A DNA stretch of 63,831 nucleotides, counting the filler, from Rhabdomonas costata (lineage: Eukaryota): NCBI GenBank assembly GCA_019059605.1. It is 55 parts of 55 records of this genome, joined end to end, with 100 filler letters (N's around TTAATTAATTAA, not from the genome) between each part and the next. Parts side by side here need not be neighbours in the genome. Positions count along the whole stretch, not along the records: positions 36,040 to 37,102 come from JAHMHO010030665.1; positions 37,203 to 38,264 come from JAHMHO010030666.1; positions 38,365 to 39,426 come from JAHMHO010030667.1; positions 39,527 to 40,588 come from JAHMHO010030668.1; positions 40,689 to 41,750 come from JAHMHO010030669.1; positions 41,851 to 42,913 come from JAHMHO010030670.1; positions 43,014 to 44,075 come from JAHMHO010030671.1; positions 44,176 to 45,237 come from JAHMHO010030672.1; 47 more parts are not named here. One strand, given 5' to 3'. This document shows, piece by piece, positions 36,950 through 50,055 of this stretch. Every line of letters begins with the position of its first letter. Within the stretch, counting starts at the first letter, position 1. The notes under the pieces are model-generated. The model saw only the letters and a program-made list of their open reading frames with translations, made no database searches and was not told where the DNA came from. The position numbers were made by a program, and so were the translations under genes.

Positions 36950-37829
36950 CTATGGATACACACACACACACACACACACACCGGCACCAGGGGGGAAGCT
37001 TCTCTTCCCAATCAAAAACTCACTTTATCAAATGAAAAGAATCTCGAAGGTCCATTTCCACACCCCTCCTGCGCGCGGTGAACTATCTCCCTCAACCACC
37101 CCNNNNNNNNNNNNNNNNNNNNNNNNNNNNNNNNNNNNNNNNNNNNTTAATTAATTAANNNNNNNNNNNNNNNNNNNNNNNNNNNNNNNNNNNNNNNNNN
37201 NNGCATGAAAAGACACTTTTCTCATAACCAGGTCCGGAACACAAAGGGCAAGTTTGTAATGTGATTTGTGAAAAGGTCAAGAGGAAAGTGGCGAAACATC
37301 AAAATAATTAGGAAGAAATACAGCGAAAAGTTTTCTAGCGGAAACTTTTGTTTTCACGGTGGGAATGGAAACGTCACAACGGCCAAGAAACAGAGTCCAC
37401 AGAGAACAGCTGCGCACAGGTGCGCACGAACAAAGTTTCTAAGCACAAAAAAGTGAATCTAGAACGAGGTAGGTGGAAACCCAGCAGGAAGCCACGCTCT
37501 TCTTATTTGAAATCGTCACTAGACTGTCACCAGAAATGGAAGGGGAAACGGGTCGGAGGCAGATGCACTACCGAGCCGATTGTTCGACAAATTTCAGGGC
37601 CAAAATTCTGACGAACGCAAGCCCGTTCCAATCAGAAGAGCATGTCAGCCATTCAAGGAGCGGAATAAAAACAGAGTGTCCTGAACGGCTTCCTACGTCC
37701 CCTCAAAGGAGGGTTGGAGGGCCCGTTCCGTTGCCGTTTGGTTCGAATCCCATTGCCTTCTTTTCACATTGCCTGCAGTTTCAGTCATTTTCTTTTGGTC
37801 CTGACGGTGACGTTTTTCTTGAACTTGGC

Positions 37830-38255
37830 ATGGCCCAACCTCAGGGCGCTGTGGTGTTGCCTCCACCCCCACCCCCGGGGGCTGCACTACCTCTCGTCGC
37901 GCTGTTACCAGCTGCCGCTGCCCCTGCTGCTGCAGTGAGTGAAGCTGATCCCATTGCAATGTTTCCGCTCAAGTTTCGCTTCAATAAAACCACTGGAGAA
38001 TCTCCTGCTGAGTATGGCCCACTTCCTCACTGTTTCATGGACCGCTACTACCACCATCCTTTCAAGGCGGCGGTATGCGCGGAACCTGCACCCCTCGCGC
38101 TTGACTTTTTCCTTTGGGAGCTGATTTTTTTTGGTCGCGACGCCTATGACCGGCGGTCTTTTTCTATGGTGGGTGTTCTTCTTTTTCTCGAGATTTCTTT
38201 CACTCAGGCGTGCACGCGAGGCGAGAAAAAGTACAAAAGAGAACATCTTCAGTGA
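37830..38255 (+). other. Intronless ORF with Pro/Ala-rich N-terminus, possibly transposon ORF1/gag
   Basis: MAQPQGAVVLPPPPPPGAALP...FPLKFRFNKTTGESPAEYG; no diagnostic motif. Confidence 0.25.
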
Positions 38256-39218
38256 AACAAACACNNNNNNNNNNNNNNNNNNNNNNNNNNNNNNNNNNNN
38301 NNNNNNNNTTAATTAATTAANNNNNNNNNNNNNNNNNNNNNNNNNNNNNNNNNNNNNNNNNNNNGGTAGATATCTCGGAGCTAACCCATTCGGACTTTTC
38401 GCTGGAACTCTCATGAGGTCTGATCGAAGAATCGAACTTTCTCCACTGAGGTGCACTTCTTGGATAGGAAGCTTTTTCAGTAAAGAAGAACTTCACACGT
38501 GGGATTCAGAAAAACCCAGGGAAAAGAAGCAGTAGTTACCACCGTGTCTTCTCAGACTTTCACGAGCACTCAAAGAAGACACTAAACTCAACTGCCGCAC
38601 ACACAGCCTCTATCTGCATTCGTTCCAAACACCCGGAAAGACAAAGCATTTGTGAGCTGGGCTTTCGCGAAAGCTGAGCACACACCTCAGATTCCATAGA
38701 AACAATATCACAATCTGGGAATTGCCCAGAGTTTCAGGGAGCCACAGAAGTCCACGGCGCGGCTCTTGTGGGCAGAAGACATGCAACACAACACTGGGCA
38801 CTGAGTGGTGCCATCAGTGGTAGGACATAGAAAAGATGCTGGAAGACAGGACTTCAATTTGCCGGAGTCTCTGATTCGCTTCATTCCAAGAATTCCCAGG
38901 ATTTCACTGCCTTTAGCCCGCAGCCGCGGACTCAAACAAATCGCACTGAGCCAGATATGGCAAAGAACCTTTCTTAAAACCACATACAAACAGTTACCAT
39001 CACGCTGGTTTGGTTCCACGACCACAGCCCTAAGTTCACCTAAACTGGAGCCGATCCGTCTGTGGACGCTTCGCACCAGTCACTGTCAACAAACCCAACA
39101 TATGGTGGATGCTGAGGACAGTACAAAAAGAGAATCCAGTACCCTCTCGCCTCTAATCTTTTGCCTGGAATACCCCCATTCTTCTCCTCCTTCTCCCTTA
39201 AGAAGGTTCGACTCTCGG

Positions 39219-39420
39219 CTACGGAAGAAGCCACACACGGACGGTGCCGTCTGAGCTGCAGCTTGAAATGTACTCCGAGAATGCGGAGACAAACGTCACT
39301 GCTGCACTGTGGCCCCGCAGCGTGGCATCCTTCGTTCCGCTCGGAAGGCTCCACACTCGCAGGGCGTGGCCACCGTCCGCAGTTACGATGCGAGTCCCGC
39401 CGCCACCACCATCTGCAAAC
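39219..39420 (-). CDS. WD40-repeat protein C-terminus
   Basis: RIVTADGGHALRVWSLPSGTKDATLRGHSAAVTFVSAFSEYISSCSSDGTVRVWLLP*. Confidence 0.88.
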
Positions 39421-40688
39421 AACCCCNNNNNNNNNNNNNNNNNNNNNNNNNNNNNNNNNNNNNNNNNNNNTTAATTAATTAANNNNNNNNNNNNNNNNNN
39501 NNNNNNNNNNNNNNNNNNNNNNNNNNTTGTGTGCTGACTCCTGCTACCGCAAGAACATTTGTGCTTGAGTGAAGTTGTGGCCATCAGGGCTACTTTTTGC
39601 ACTTATTGGTGAGCCTTATATATGCTGGTCTGCCCAGCGTACCTCCTTTGTGTCCTACCAAAGGTCTTGCATTACTTGTTTTGTGATGTTGAGTGTGTCA
39701 TCTGTCTGATACTGAGGGACCGTCGCACGCACATCTGGGTACTGAAACTCCACCTACCTTTGGTTTGATGGCTCTGGTCTCTTACCCTTCTTTTTCATCT
39801 TCGGTACACGCGTTATGCAGGATTATACGGCCGCTCTTAAAAAAATACCTTTGCACGAGAAGGAGACATGCATCTTGTGTCGGTCAGCACCCACATCAGA
39901 ATAACTGAAGCGTGGCTCTTTTTCAGGCTCTTCAGCCCTGATTAGATTTGTGCACGGTCACATCTTTCTTCAGTCAATGCCGGGCCGCACTTATGTGCAC
40001 CTATGCGCTCAACTGGCGCAAGCGCCACCGTAGCCAACCATTCAGGAATTCAGGAGCCGCTTCGGCTTCCTGTCGCCGCATACGCCTGGGATGGTCATGC
40101 ATAAAATTATGTTGGTATTCTGAGGAGATTAAAGAAACTTTGGGAGATTGGTTATGGATATCAAGCCCTCTCCCTTTGTTTCTCAGGACAGCGCCGCTCT
40201 GAATCGGGAGATTGCTCAACTTGAGGAGGAAGTCGGTACGCCTGCAATGAGTGCAGCTTCACTCCACCCCCCCCCCATTTTCTGGTTTCTTCTCCTCGAT
40301 CTTCACTAATCAGATCAATTTTCTTTATCATCTTCAAGCCCCGTTGTTGGTATGATTAATTTTTGTAATCAAGCACGCTTGCGTTCCCAACAAAAATGCA
40401 CTGGAGCGCAAGGCCAATATATGAATCAACATCGGTTGGACCACGTCAACCCCCTTTAAGACAGTGGAAGAAGTGGCCCAACATTTTGGGAGAGATCAAA
40501 AGACTCGCCAAGTCCAACGACAACCTGGATCATGTGCAGGTAACAAATCAGGAAATTCAGGAAAAACACAACCACCCACACCCACCACNNNNNNNNNNNN
40601 NNNNNNNNNNNNNNNNNNNNNNNNNNNNNNNNTTAATTAATTAANNNNNNNNNNNNNNNNNNNNNNNNNNNNNNNNNNNNNNNNNNNN

Positions 40689-41555
40689 TGTGGGGGGTAG
40701 GGCATGCACTCCACATATCATCCATGGTGGAGGCCTGTATGTCACTACCGGGGGAATTTTCGCGTGGGTTTGTGGACTTTGTTTTTTCGCGTTCCGCTTT
40801 GGTGTTTCTTGTGTTCATCGGTCTACGCTGGCATCTGGGTGCTGTGTTGCGTGGGTGTGTGGGTTCGCGTCTCGGGGTTCGCTTCAGTCTTTGGTGGGTT
40901 GTTGTTGTGGGGTTCGGCTTGATCCTTAGTGCTATTCGGGTTCTTGGGATGTTGTATATGGGTTGGTGTTACTGTGTGTCTTGAGTCTGAGAGCTGCTTC
41001 TCGGTCTTCTGGTTACGGTTTTCGGTCTTTCTACTCCAAGTCTCGGTGAACCCCAGCAGGGTAAGCATTTCCGGCCTTCATGATGTCCGCCTTCAGGTCT
41101 TCGGGTTTTGGGTATTGGATGCTGATTTCTGGGGTTCGTGGTTCGGGTGTTGGGTTCTGGGTTCTTGGTGCAGGTGTCTGGTGTTTCGGGATGTGTGGGT
41201 TACGGTGTCGGGGTTGGATTGGGTGTTGGGGGCTGGATTTCGCGTTCTTGTGTTCGGGGCTTCTTGTTGATGCCATTTCTGGTAGGGCTTGCAATCGTGA
41301 TTCGTGTAATGGAAGGTGGTTGTGCTGGAGGGTTGGGTGTCGGTGGTGGGTTTATGTGGGTTCGGTTTCTGGGTATTGGGTGTTGGGTTCGGTAGGGTAT
41401 TAAGGGATCTTATGTGTCGGAAGGTGTTTCTGTGTTGGTGCTGGGGTTGGGTTTTGGGTTGCGTGTGGTTTGGGTGGTGATGTTGATGGTAGGGGTTCCG
41501 TGTGTACGTGGTGCTGTATGGAAGCGGGGTGTTGCATTCGGGGGACGGGGCTTCC
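40689..41555 (+). repeat. G/T-rich, A-depleted low-complexity tract
   Basis: ~870 bp dominated by gggtt/gggtgtt/ttcggg variants with strong strand skew. Confidence 0.85.
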
Positions 41556-41967
41556 TTGTTTTTCTGCTCAAGCCCACCAATTACCAACCCCAGAAATTGC
41601 ATTGCGATCCAATTCTCTCATTTCTTGAAAGTTATCTTGTAATAACTTTTTGATATCTCCAGTTTCCTTTGCACGCTTCCGAACTTTTTTCCGCCTCAGC
41701 GTCCCCTCCGACTTCCCTGACGTCCTCCCCGACCTCCCCGACCACACACANNNNNNNNNNNNNNNNNNNNNNNNNNNNNNNNNNNNNNNNNNNNTTAATT
41801 AATTAANNNNNNNNNNNNNNNNNNNNNNNNNNNNNNNNNNNNNNNNNNNNGGTTGGGTTGGCCACCGTAAAGAACTGTGATTTTCGGGGGTTGTTTGAGG
41901 GTTTTTGCCGGCCTGACACGCATGTACACGCATCCACATTCGCACATACACACACACACACCTTCAG

Positions 41968-42110
41968 GCACGAGCATCGCTCAGCAGAGCCACACTGGGG
42001 GCAAGCAGGAGCTCTTCTCCGCGGCGTCGAGGGTGCCCGCTTACCAGCAGATGGTCAATCTCTTCATGAACGCCTACATCCTCAAGCACCATCTCCGGCT
42101 GACATCCCAG
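41968..42110 (+). CDS. Exon of an unidentified protein
   Basis: ccttcag|...TSIAQQSHTGGKQELFSAASRVPAYQQMVNLFMNAYILKHHLRLTSQ|gttcgc with high GC3. Confidence 0.65.
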
Positions 42111-44621
42111 GTTCGCACCTGTGCGTTCATAAGAAAGGCGAAGGCCCGTAACCTTACTTAAAATCACCTGTGTGCCCACAACCGAGATGCTGCGAGGCAG
42201 ACAACCCTATAAAGCATAACCATACATGCACACAAGCAGAGTATCCCTTCCCGTGCTCCCACCCCCTCCCACACACAAAAAAACACTGCAAAAAAAAAAC
42301 AGGTTGGTAGCAGCTCCGAACAGCAATGTCCATAGGCAGAAGGGTAAAACGGGATAGTTTGGGAATGGGAGAGATTGAAAGGCTTTGCTGCGGAGTGAGA
42401 GAGGTACGGTAAAACTCTCAATAGTGGGCAAGGTGGTGATGGAGACTATCCCCCACACACACAACCACACACGCACACATGCAAGTTCCAACGGTGTCCC
42501 TTTGTGCACCCGAGGGAGGATCACCAAGAACGGACCCGCCCTTATGCTAGGGCCAACGGGAAGCCAAAGTACTCGCAGACGCAACAGGGCAAAGAGTGTG
42601 AGGCAACCTTGAGGTCCCGGAGGCTCAGCGGAAGAGGGCAGGAATAGCCCGCAACGCAACAGTATAGCTATGTGCTGGTTGTAGATACCGGTGCTGCCCG
42701 TTCACCCATCCGAAAGAAAAGCTCAAAGGGGCGTTCCCGCGAGAAAAGGCCCCCAGCCCCCCAAGGAAGGAGTGTGGAGTCGCAGAGACCTGAGCCGCAA
42801 TGGAGCAATGCAAGTAGCCGCTGGAAAAGAGCAGTTGTTGTTTGTTGTTTGCTGTTTGCTGTTTGCATGTGGACCTACCAAGTGCCGAACGGTGTCCCCT
42901 TCGAAAACCAACCNNNNNNNNNNNNNNNNNNNNNNNNNNNNNNNNNNNNNNNNNNNNTTAATTAATTAANNNNNNNNNNNNNNNNNNNNNNNNNNNNNNN
43001 NNNNNNNNNNNNNGTGGTGGGTGTGTTTGGTTTTGTTTTGGATGAAATATCGAAAGATGCTTTATGAACTCGGCGGGCGTTTGGCGTTTGAAGGCAGCAC
43101 AGAGGAGGATTGAGTTGACTAGGTTTCGCTCTGTGAGATGATTTTGAGCTATCTTGAAGTCCCACAGCGGGCGGATCTTGCGGAACCCAATGCCTGAACC
43201 CTCTACGACCGGCTTTGATAAAAAGGTCGCAGGCATCAACGAACCAGATAGGGCACCAGAATCCCGCATATATTGCGATTGTGATGGTTGCTCTGTGCCC
43301 CGTGGGGGACCTCTCTGTTGCTGTAAGGATTGCTATTATATCGCGGTGGACAAACTTTTATATGTCGAACTCAAAAAGGTGGATTGTGAGCAATCCAGTG
43401 CACACAATAAACCAGTTTCTCCCCTGGAAACTCCAACCAAAGTAGGACCCAAAAATGTCAAAACTTGACTTGAAAGAGCTCAAATCAAAATACGGGCGAA
43501 GTTCAGGTCCTATGGATCCCGACGAGCTCGGTTGACATTGTTTTTGGTGGGGATGCCTTTCAGAACGAAGAGAGGTCACTGCCCTTTTACAACGCAGTGC
43601 AGATTTTTCTCTCTCTCTCCCCCCCCCCCCCGAAAAAACTCCCAGGTCCCAAAGTTTCTCATTTTGGACAAAAAGGCACACCAAATGACAGCGTTCGCCA
43701 AATAAAAGTGTCGACCACGATATAAAAAAATTTAACCGCACGAGCGCTGCTGAACTGTGCTGGTCCCCGAGGGAACAGTCCTTGCTAGTTGTTCGTTTTT
43801 GGGTGCGTTTTTCCCTTCAGGTGAGAACGAGCTGGGAAGCCAGGGTAAGTGCTTCTGGTTTCGTCTTTTCCTCTTCGCTGATTTCTGTTTTCTTAGTGTT
43901 GCTTAGTAGAGTGGTTTGCGCTCCAGCACTTTGCACCGTAATTTCTGAACACATGCCTTTTTAGCGACGGTAACATAACAATGTTTGAAACTTGTCATAT
44001 TTTCATTCGACCACATCAGGGAAAAGCACAACATCCAGAAAGTGGCGGGTGTTCCGCAGCAGGCAACCAAAACAANNNNNNNNNNNNNNNNNNNNNNNNN
44101 NNNNNNNNNNNNNNNNNNNTTAATTAATTAANNNNNNNNNNNNNNNNNNNNNNNNNNNNNNNNNNNNNNNNNNNNAAATCGGGATGAGTGCTTTACAATT
44201 CATACATAGGTCTAATCACCAAACGCTTCGCAAGGTTGTGGCATGCGCGGTCTGGCTATCCGGGGGGTCAGTGCGCAGTGACAGAATTTTATGACCGGGA
44301 AAATCATAGCTTCATAAGCCCGATTCAAGCGGCTTCCTTCAATTCTTTAACTTCGTCATAGCCGATGTTCTCTCTTCCCTCCCTCTCTCCCCTCTCTTTC
44401 ACTCTCCCTCCGTCTTTTCCGGATGCTTCCCTTTTCTCTTTGGGTGACGAATGTCGACTTGAGTGGTGGCGCGGGAGTTCGGCTTCCGCTTCCGCTGGAG
44501 TATCTTTAAGACACTCTCTCAATTGAGGGGGAGAGAGAGTCCCCTGTTCGGCTCCCAGGGACGTCAGTTGCGTTTTGCTTTGTTCTGCGTCTTGTGCGGA
44601 ACCCAGAACATCCTCGCTTTC

Positions 44622-45212
44622 TTATTGGTGATGGACTCCTGGATAAAAAACTTGGGCGGTGCAGAAGGGGGGGGGCATTTCAATGAACTCACCCAGAACG
44701 TCCGGCATGACTTGGTCGACCGCGAAGCGCTTGTGGGGGGTCAGCCGGTAGTATTCGGCGGGCTTTAGACTATAGTTCAGCACCACCAGCACCCCGTCCG
44801 AAGTGAGTGCTTGGCGGGCCTGCCTGAGCATTACCTTGCACGGCAAGTCTGGAAGCGCGTGCAGGTGGTGCATTACAATCACTTGGAAGCTCCCAGCAAG
44901 GGGTAGACCATCGTCTCCTTGAAACGTGGCAGGGTCTCCAAGATTCCAGCAGAAAATCCTCATTCTGGACACCACCCTCAGAAAAGCAAATAAAACGAAG
45001 CGAGGTCAAAACCTCATCAACAGCCCCAAGAAATCGTCGGGGACAGTGGAAACGCCCGGTTTCAATGGAAATGGGTGAGACGGGTGCCATGCCTATTTCC
45101 TGCTGAGCGATCAGGAAAATATACCGGATCGTGTTAGCACGCAATGAAAACTACCGACGTGCCTGATGCCGGCTGCTGAGTTGCCCACGCAGTCGCCGGA
45201 GTCGAGTCCCCA
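44622..45212 (-). CDS. Class I SAM-dependent methyltransferase, C-terminal 2 exons
   Basis: GLDSGDCVGNSAAGIR then RIFCWNLGD...GSFQVIVMHHLHALPD...MLRQARQALTSDGVLVVLNY, i.e. the F-x-V-I...H...D...L-x-x-x-G methyltransferase motifs. Confidence 0.7.
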
Positions 45213-46066
45213 AAAACCCACCACCCACACCCACCACNNNNNNNNNNNNNNNNNNNNNNNNNNNNNNNNNNNNNNNNNNNNTTAATTAATTAANNNNNNN
45301 NNNNNNNNNNNNNNNNNNNNNNNNNNNNNNNNNNNNNGTGTGGGTGGTTTGCAGGCCAACCTTATACTTGTGGCCAACTTAGATTTTGACGAGTTCTCAG
45401 TGAACCCCCTCCTTCTTATGAACGAAACAGTCAGTCAAACACATTGGCCGCTTCACTCCTGGTTTAAGTCTATACCACTTTCTCTGATCGCATTTCTGGA
45501 TATTCTGCCATGTGTGCCCCATCTAGGCACAACAGGCGGGACTCTCACCCATCGTCGGGGTCTCACCGGAAATGGCGGTTATTTCGCCCTGAACGTCACC
45601 CTATTCACTGGGCGGCATAAACGCTAATCCGGCACCAGGCAGGGTCGGTGGACCGCTATTCTGCCCCACGTCAACGTCTACGTCAAGATACGACACCTCT
45701 CACGGTGCGATTTGGCTCTCATCAATTCATCACAAGGCGGAAACGTTCATTTGGTGAACTCAACATGTAATAGTACAACCAGCCAGTTGCTGCCATGCAA
45801 ACCCATTTTCTGCTCCAAAAAGGCGCTAGTGCATTTATGTCCCCCCTATCAAAGTACATTTATGCCCCCTTCCCCTCAGTAATTATGGCCCAATTATAAA
45901 ATGTGGCTGTTAAAGGACTCAAAAGGAATCAAAATATGGACACAGTTCCGGTGCTTTGGGACATCAGAGAGCTCGGTTGGAGATGCTTTTAGTGGGTCCT
46001 CAGAAGAAAGAACAGAACAGCTTGGCGAAGAGAAGAAGCGGCGGCGGGTGACGGGGGGTAGCACAC

Positions 46067-46310
46067 CCACGAGGCAGGGCACGTTGACCTTCTCGCCGGG
46101 GCCCAGGCTGCCGCCGCCGTTAGCGTTGGTGGGGCTGCTGGGGTACATCACCTGGCTGGCACTGGCGGTGCTAGCAGATGCCGGGAGGGAGCGGTCGTTG
46201 GTCATAATCTCGTAGAATTTGGTCATGGCCTTCTCCATGTTCTCCTTCCTCTTGGTCGCAATCAGGCAGTAGGCCTCCAGCAGGGCCTTCTTGTTGCGGT
46301 CCGTAACTTC
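46067..46310 (-). CDS. IFT139: IFT139 / TTC21B intraflagellar transport protein exon
   Basis: LLEAYCLIATKRKENMEKAMTKFYEI...NVPCLVG resembles the TTC21B segment [24 protein letters not shown]...HIPALLG; tttag| and |gtgtgc boundaries. Confidence 0.8.
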
Positions 46311-46499
46311 CTAAAATGAATGAACAAAACCTATACAGCAGTGAAGGAAGCACGAACAAGGAGAGATCTGCGGTATGTAAGACAGTTACCCCACACAACN
46401 NNNNNNNNNNNNNNNNNNNNNNNNNNNNNNNNNNNNNNNNNNNTTAATTAATTAANNNNNNNNNNNNNNNNNNNNNNNNNNNNNNNNNNNNNNNNNNNN

Positions 46500-47562
46500 C
46501 TATCGGCACACCAACAGGTGGCGGAAATCGGTAGTTGAAGTGGGTCCGGGCTCGGGGATCGACGTTCAGCTCATTCGGTCCAAAACCGGGGATAATTTGG
46601 CGTCGAGTTAGATGGTCGTAGATGTGGTGGTAGTGGTGCCGAGCATCAAAAAGTGACCAAAAGCTCGAGGTGTAGTCGGTATTCCGCGAGAGTCTCGCGT
46701 TGCTTCAGTCGTTGTGCATCGGCTGCGTTAATGTTGGGGTTCGGCATTGAAGTTCCGAGGCGATTGGCTCCCGGACGACTCCGGTGCCAGTCCTGTCGAT
46801 GCCTGGTGTCGGCGATGTTGGGCTTCAACGATGCGCTCGGCTTCGGCAGGCGGTTCGGACCGTCGGTCCGGTTGAGGTTGACTACCAGCTTGTCGGCGTT
46901 GTGTCGGCTGGGTGTTCGTCAGGTTGTTCATCTCTATGGCTTGGCTCGTCGAGGTAATTGTAGGAGAAGTGGGTGGTGAGGATGAAAACCACTCAGGTCT
47001 TCGTCGGTTGATGTTCGAATGCTCGGTGGAAAGGACGGTGCTTTGTAGCGTGCCAGATAGGGGATGTGAAGGGATTGACTCATCACCCCGGTGAAAACTC
47101 GATCAAAAAGCTCGGCGTCGAACTCCTTGGAGTTCAGGCTTCGGATGAGGGTTCGGTAGTGAGTGATGAAGTCGTATCCGGTTGAGGCCGCTTGGAATTG
47201 AGTCGAGGCATCTTGCCATCGGGCCAAAGTCCGACCGTACGTTTCTTTGAGGTGTGGCTCGGCCAGTGGAAGATTGGAAGAATCGATGGTAGAAGCCGCA
47301 AATTCCGATAAAAATTCTGACGTTCCATGGGGTCGGCCACTCCGAGATTGACTGCAATTTTTCCGGCCCTTGGCGGATACCTCCGCTGCCGACTATGTAA
47401 TCGACGAATTCGATTTACGGAGAAAGAGAACTTCTTCAGATTTACAAAGACTCTCTCGGCGGAGGCGGTCCAGGACTCTCCAGAGGTGGTTCAGATGCTC
47501 CACTCAGGTTTCCAAAAAACAGCAATGTCGTCGACGTAGATGTCGGTGAATTCCGTCATGTC
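46500..47562 (-). mobile_element. Degenerate Ty3/gypsy LTR retrotransposon pol (reverse transcriptase)
   Basis: From 47562: DMTEFTDIYVDDIAVFWKPEWEHLNHLWRVLDRLR, later SISEWPTPWNVRIFIGICGFYHRF; frameshifted. Confidence 0.9.
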
Positions 47563-47781
47563 NNNNNNNNNNNNNNNNNNNNNNNNNNNNNNNNNNNNNN
47601 NNNNNNTTAATTAATTAANNNNNNNNNNNNNNNNNNNNNNNNNNNNNNNNNNNNNNNNNNNNTTGTTGGTTGTCCAAAATTAAACAAAATACTGTCCATA
47701 ATTGTGAACTTCACCCTTTTGGTGGTGGTTTTTTTTTTAGCTTTGGTGGTTATTTTTCTCCTTCGTTTTCCTTCAACAAAG

Positions 47782-48268
47782 GGAAGCCGCTGATGCTGCC
47801 ATTGCGGGGATGCACGGGTGCAGCCTGCCTGAGTCCATGAAGCCCCTTCAGGTTTTCAAAGCGATGCCGGGTCACCTCCCTTTTCTGTTCCTGTGATTGC
47901 TCGACTTCTCTCCTGTTGCAGGATTTCAAACGAGAAATTTGCGGTAAGGGGAATGATGCGAAAAAAGGTTACTGGCAGTAGATCCTTCCGATATTGCGGA
48001 GCGTCTCCCGCACCCGATTGCGGTGGAGGTGGGGTCGAGCAATTTAGATTTACTTGGGATGCGTTGGCAAGGACTGGCGCTTCTCTTTTCACCACAGGTT
48101 CGGTATGCTGACCCCAGGAAACCCGGCCAGAGCCCCCTGTCCACAGCCGCTGCGGCCGCAGCGGCTGTACTGTCCGCAGCAACAGCGGCCTCCGCTGGGG
48201 GAACTCCCCCAGAGGTGAAACTTTTCGTGGGAAATCTCCCGCTCACCACGACAAAGGAGATCCTCACG
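47782..48268 (+). CDS. Multi-RRM RNA-binding protein (CELF/ELAV-like), 2 exons
   Basis: EAADAAIAGMHGCSLPESMKPLQ-VRYADP...EVKLFVGNLP (end of one RRM and RNP2 of the next). Confidence 0.88.
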
Positions 48269-50055
48269 GTACGCTGCGTCGTTCCCTGCGGGGTTGCCGT
48301 AAAGAAACTGCCTGGAAAGTCGGGGAGTAATTCAAAACTCATGTTGACGCACCTCCAGGAACATCAATGCCTCCCATATGATGGCGCGACCCATCAAACC
48401 CGAAATTAGGACTCTACGGGGTGGGAAAGGCCGCGAGATCCGGACTCACAAGAACGGACACGCACTACGGAAAGGAAGCATTCGCCGCTCGACGTTTGGT
48501 GCTGGGTGGCTCTGCTAAAAAATGCAGTGTAAGATCCGGAAATTGTATTTTATCCCGCTATGCTTTTCTCTGCCAAAGCCCTTCATTCCCGCGTCAGTGC
48601 GTGGGTGCGCTCTTTCCGGACGAGAAGCTGTCAGTGTATTATTGTGTTTGGACTCGGGCCAGGCGCTGTTTGCACCTTTTGGGGCGCTTGTGGAGGCCTT
48701 TGTATTTCCCCGAGGCACAACACANNNNNNNNNNNNNNNNNNNNNNNNNNNNNNNNNNNNNNNNNNNNTTAATTAATTAANNNNNNNNNNNNNNNNNNNN
48801 NNNNNNNNNNNNNNNNNNNNNNNNGGGGGGTGGTGGGGAAATTCCTTCCCTACCCAAAAACCCTTAGCGGTGACTCTGAGGAAGGCAGTGTCTTCCCGCA
48901 AAGGAAAGGAGTGATGTGCCCAGAAAGAAAAGGTATCGACTCGGTAGTTATGTATCGCGGGGTTACGCGATAAGAAGAAGAGGAACCGCGCGGTCAGAAT
49001 GTGTCTTTTCCGGGAATCAGAACCGCACAGTCAAGAAGAGCGGATGTCCCCGATGCAGACCGAAAGGTAGCGGACAAAAAAACCAGAGGCACAAAGCACG
49101 CAGGGGGGGATGACAGGTCCGCTGGAGATTGCTAAGGAAAATATGCTCCGTGTGAGGTCAAGAGGGAAAACGCAGTCAAAGCCCAAAACATGCATGGAAA
49201 AAAGGGCCCATTTGAGCTGTTTGGCACCGAAAAAGCGTGCTTTTAGATCATACTGAAAGAAAGTAGATGCAAATGGGACAAGTAGGCGTTGCACACGCGT
49301 GCGAGGCACGGCCTCCGTAACCGATGTACCGTCAAACTAGAGCACAACTCTACCCCTGGATAGTTGCACTGCCCAACCTCATGCATACACACACAGAGTT
49401 GGGTGAAAGGGTAACACTAGCACCGAAGCAGCTCGAATCCATATCACGGTCCAACGCGCAGGTCTCGATTGGGCGTTAGTTGACGGCAACTCTGGCCCCA
49501 CCCACCACCGTGGAACATGGGAGCCAGTAGGTGCCTGGTTGGGCACATACGTACCCACACCCACGCTGACTTGTGTGGATGAATTAGCATCCTTTATCCT
49601 TTCGCGGAGTTGACTAGGGGGATGTTTTTATCTCATAGTCCAGTGTGTTCTACGGCCTCGTAGCTGGCAGCGTGCGTGGCCCCGCACGGAATTCACGCCG
49701 TGCAGAGGGCGCGACAGCACACACACACATGGAGTTGCCGCCACTTGCTCGGATTCAGTTAGATTCCTATTTCTATTCCGCAATATTACGGCGGGTCGAT
49801 GACGGAGGTGTGCACGCTTTAGTGTGTCCTATTCCGCTTTCCGTATCTTGTGAAGGTTGCTGGCACAACTGAAACCAACCCCCCCNNNNNNNNNNNNNNN
49901 NNNNNNNNNNNNNNNNNNNNNNNNNNNNNTTAATTAATTAANNNNNNNNNNNNNNNNNNNNNNNNNNNNNNNNNNNNNNNNNNNNTGTTGTGTGTAGGGT
50001 CGGGGGCGTTTTTCCTGTTGCTTCCTTGATTTTGCCTCCATGCTTTTTCTCCCAG

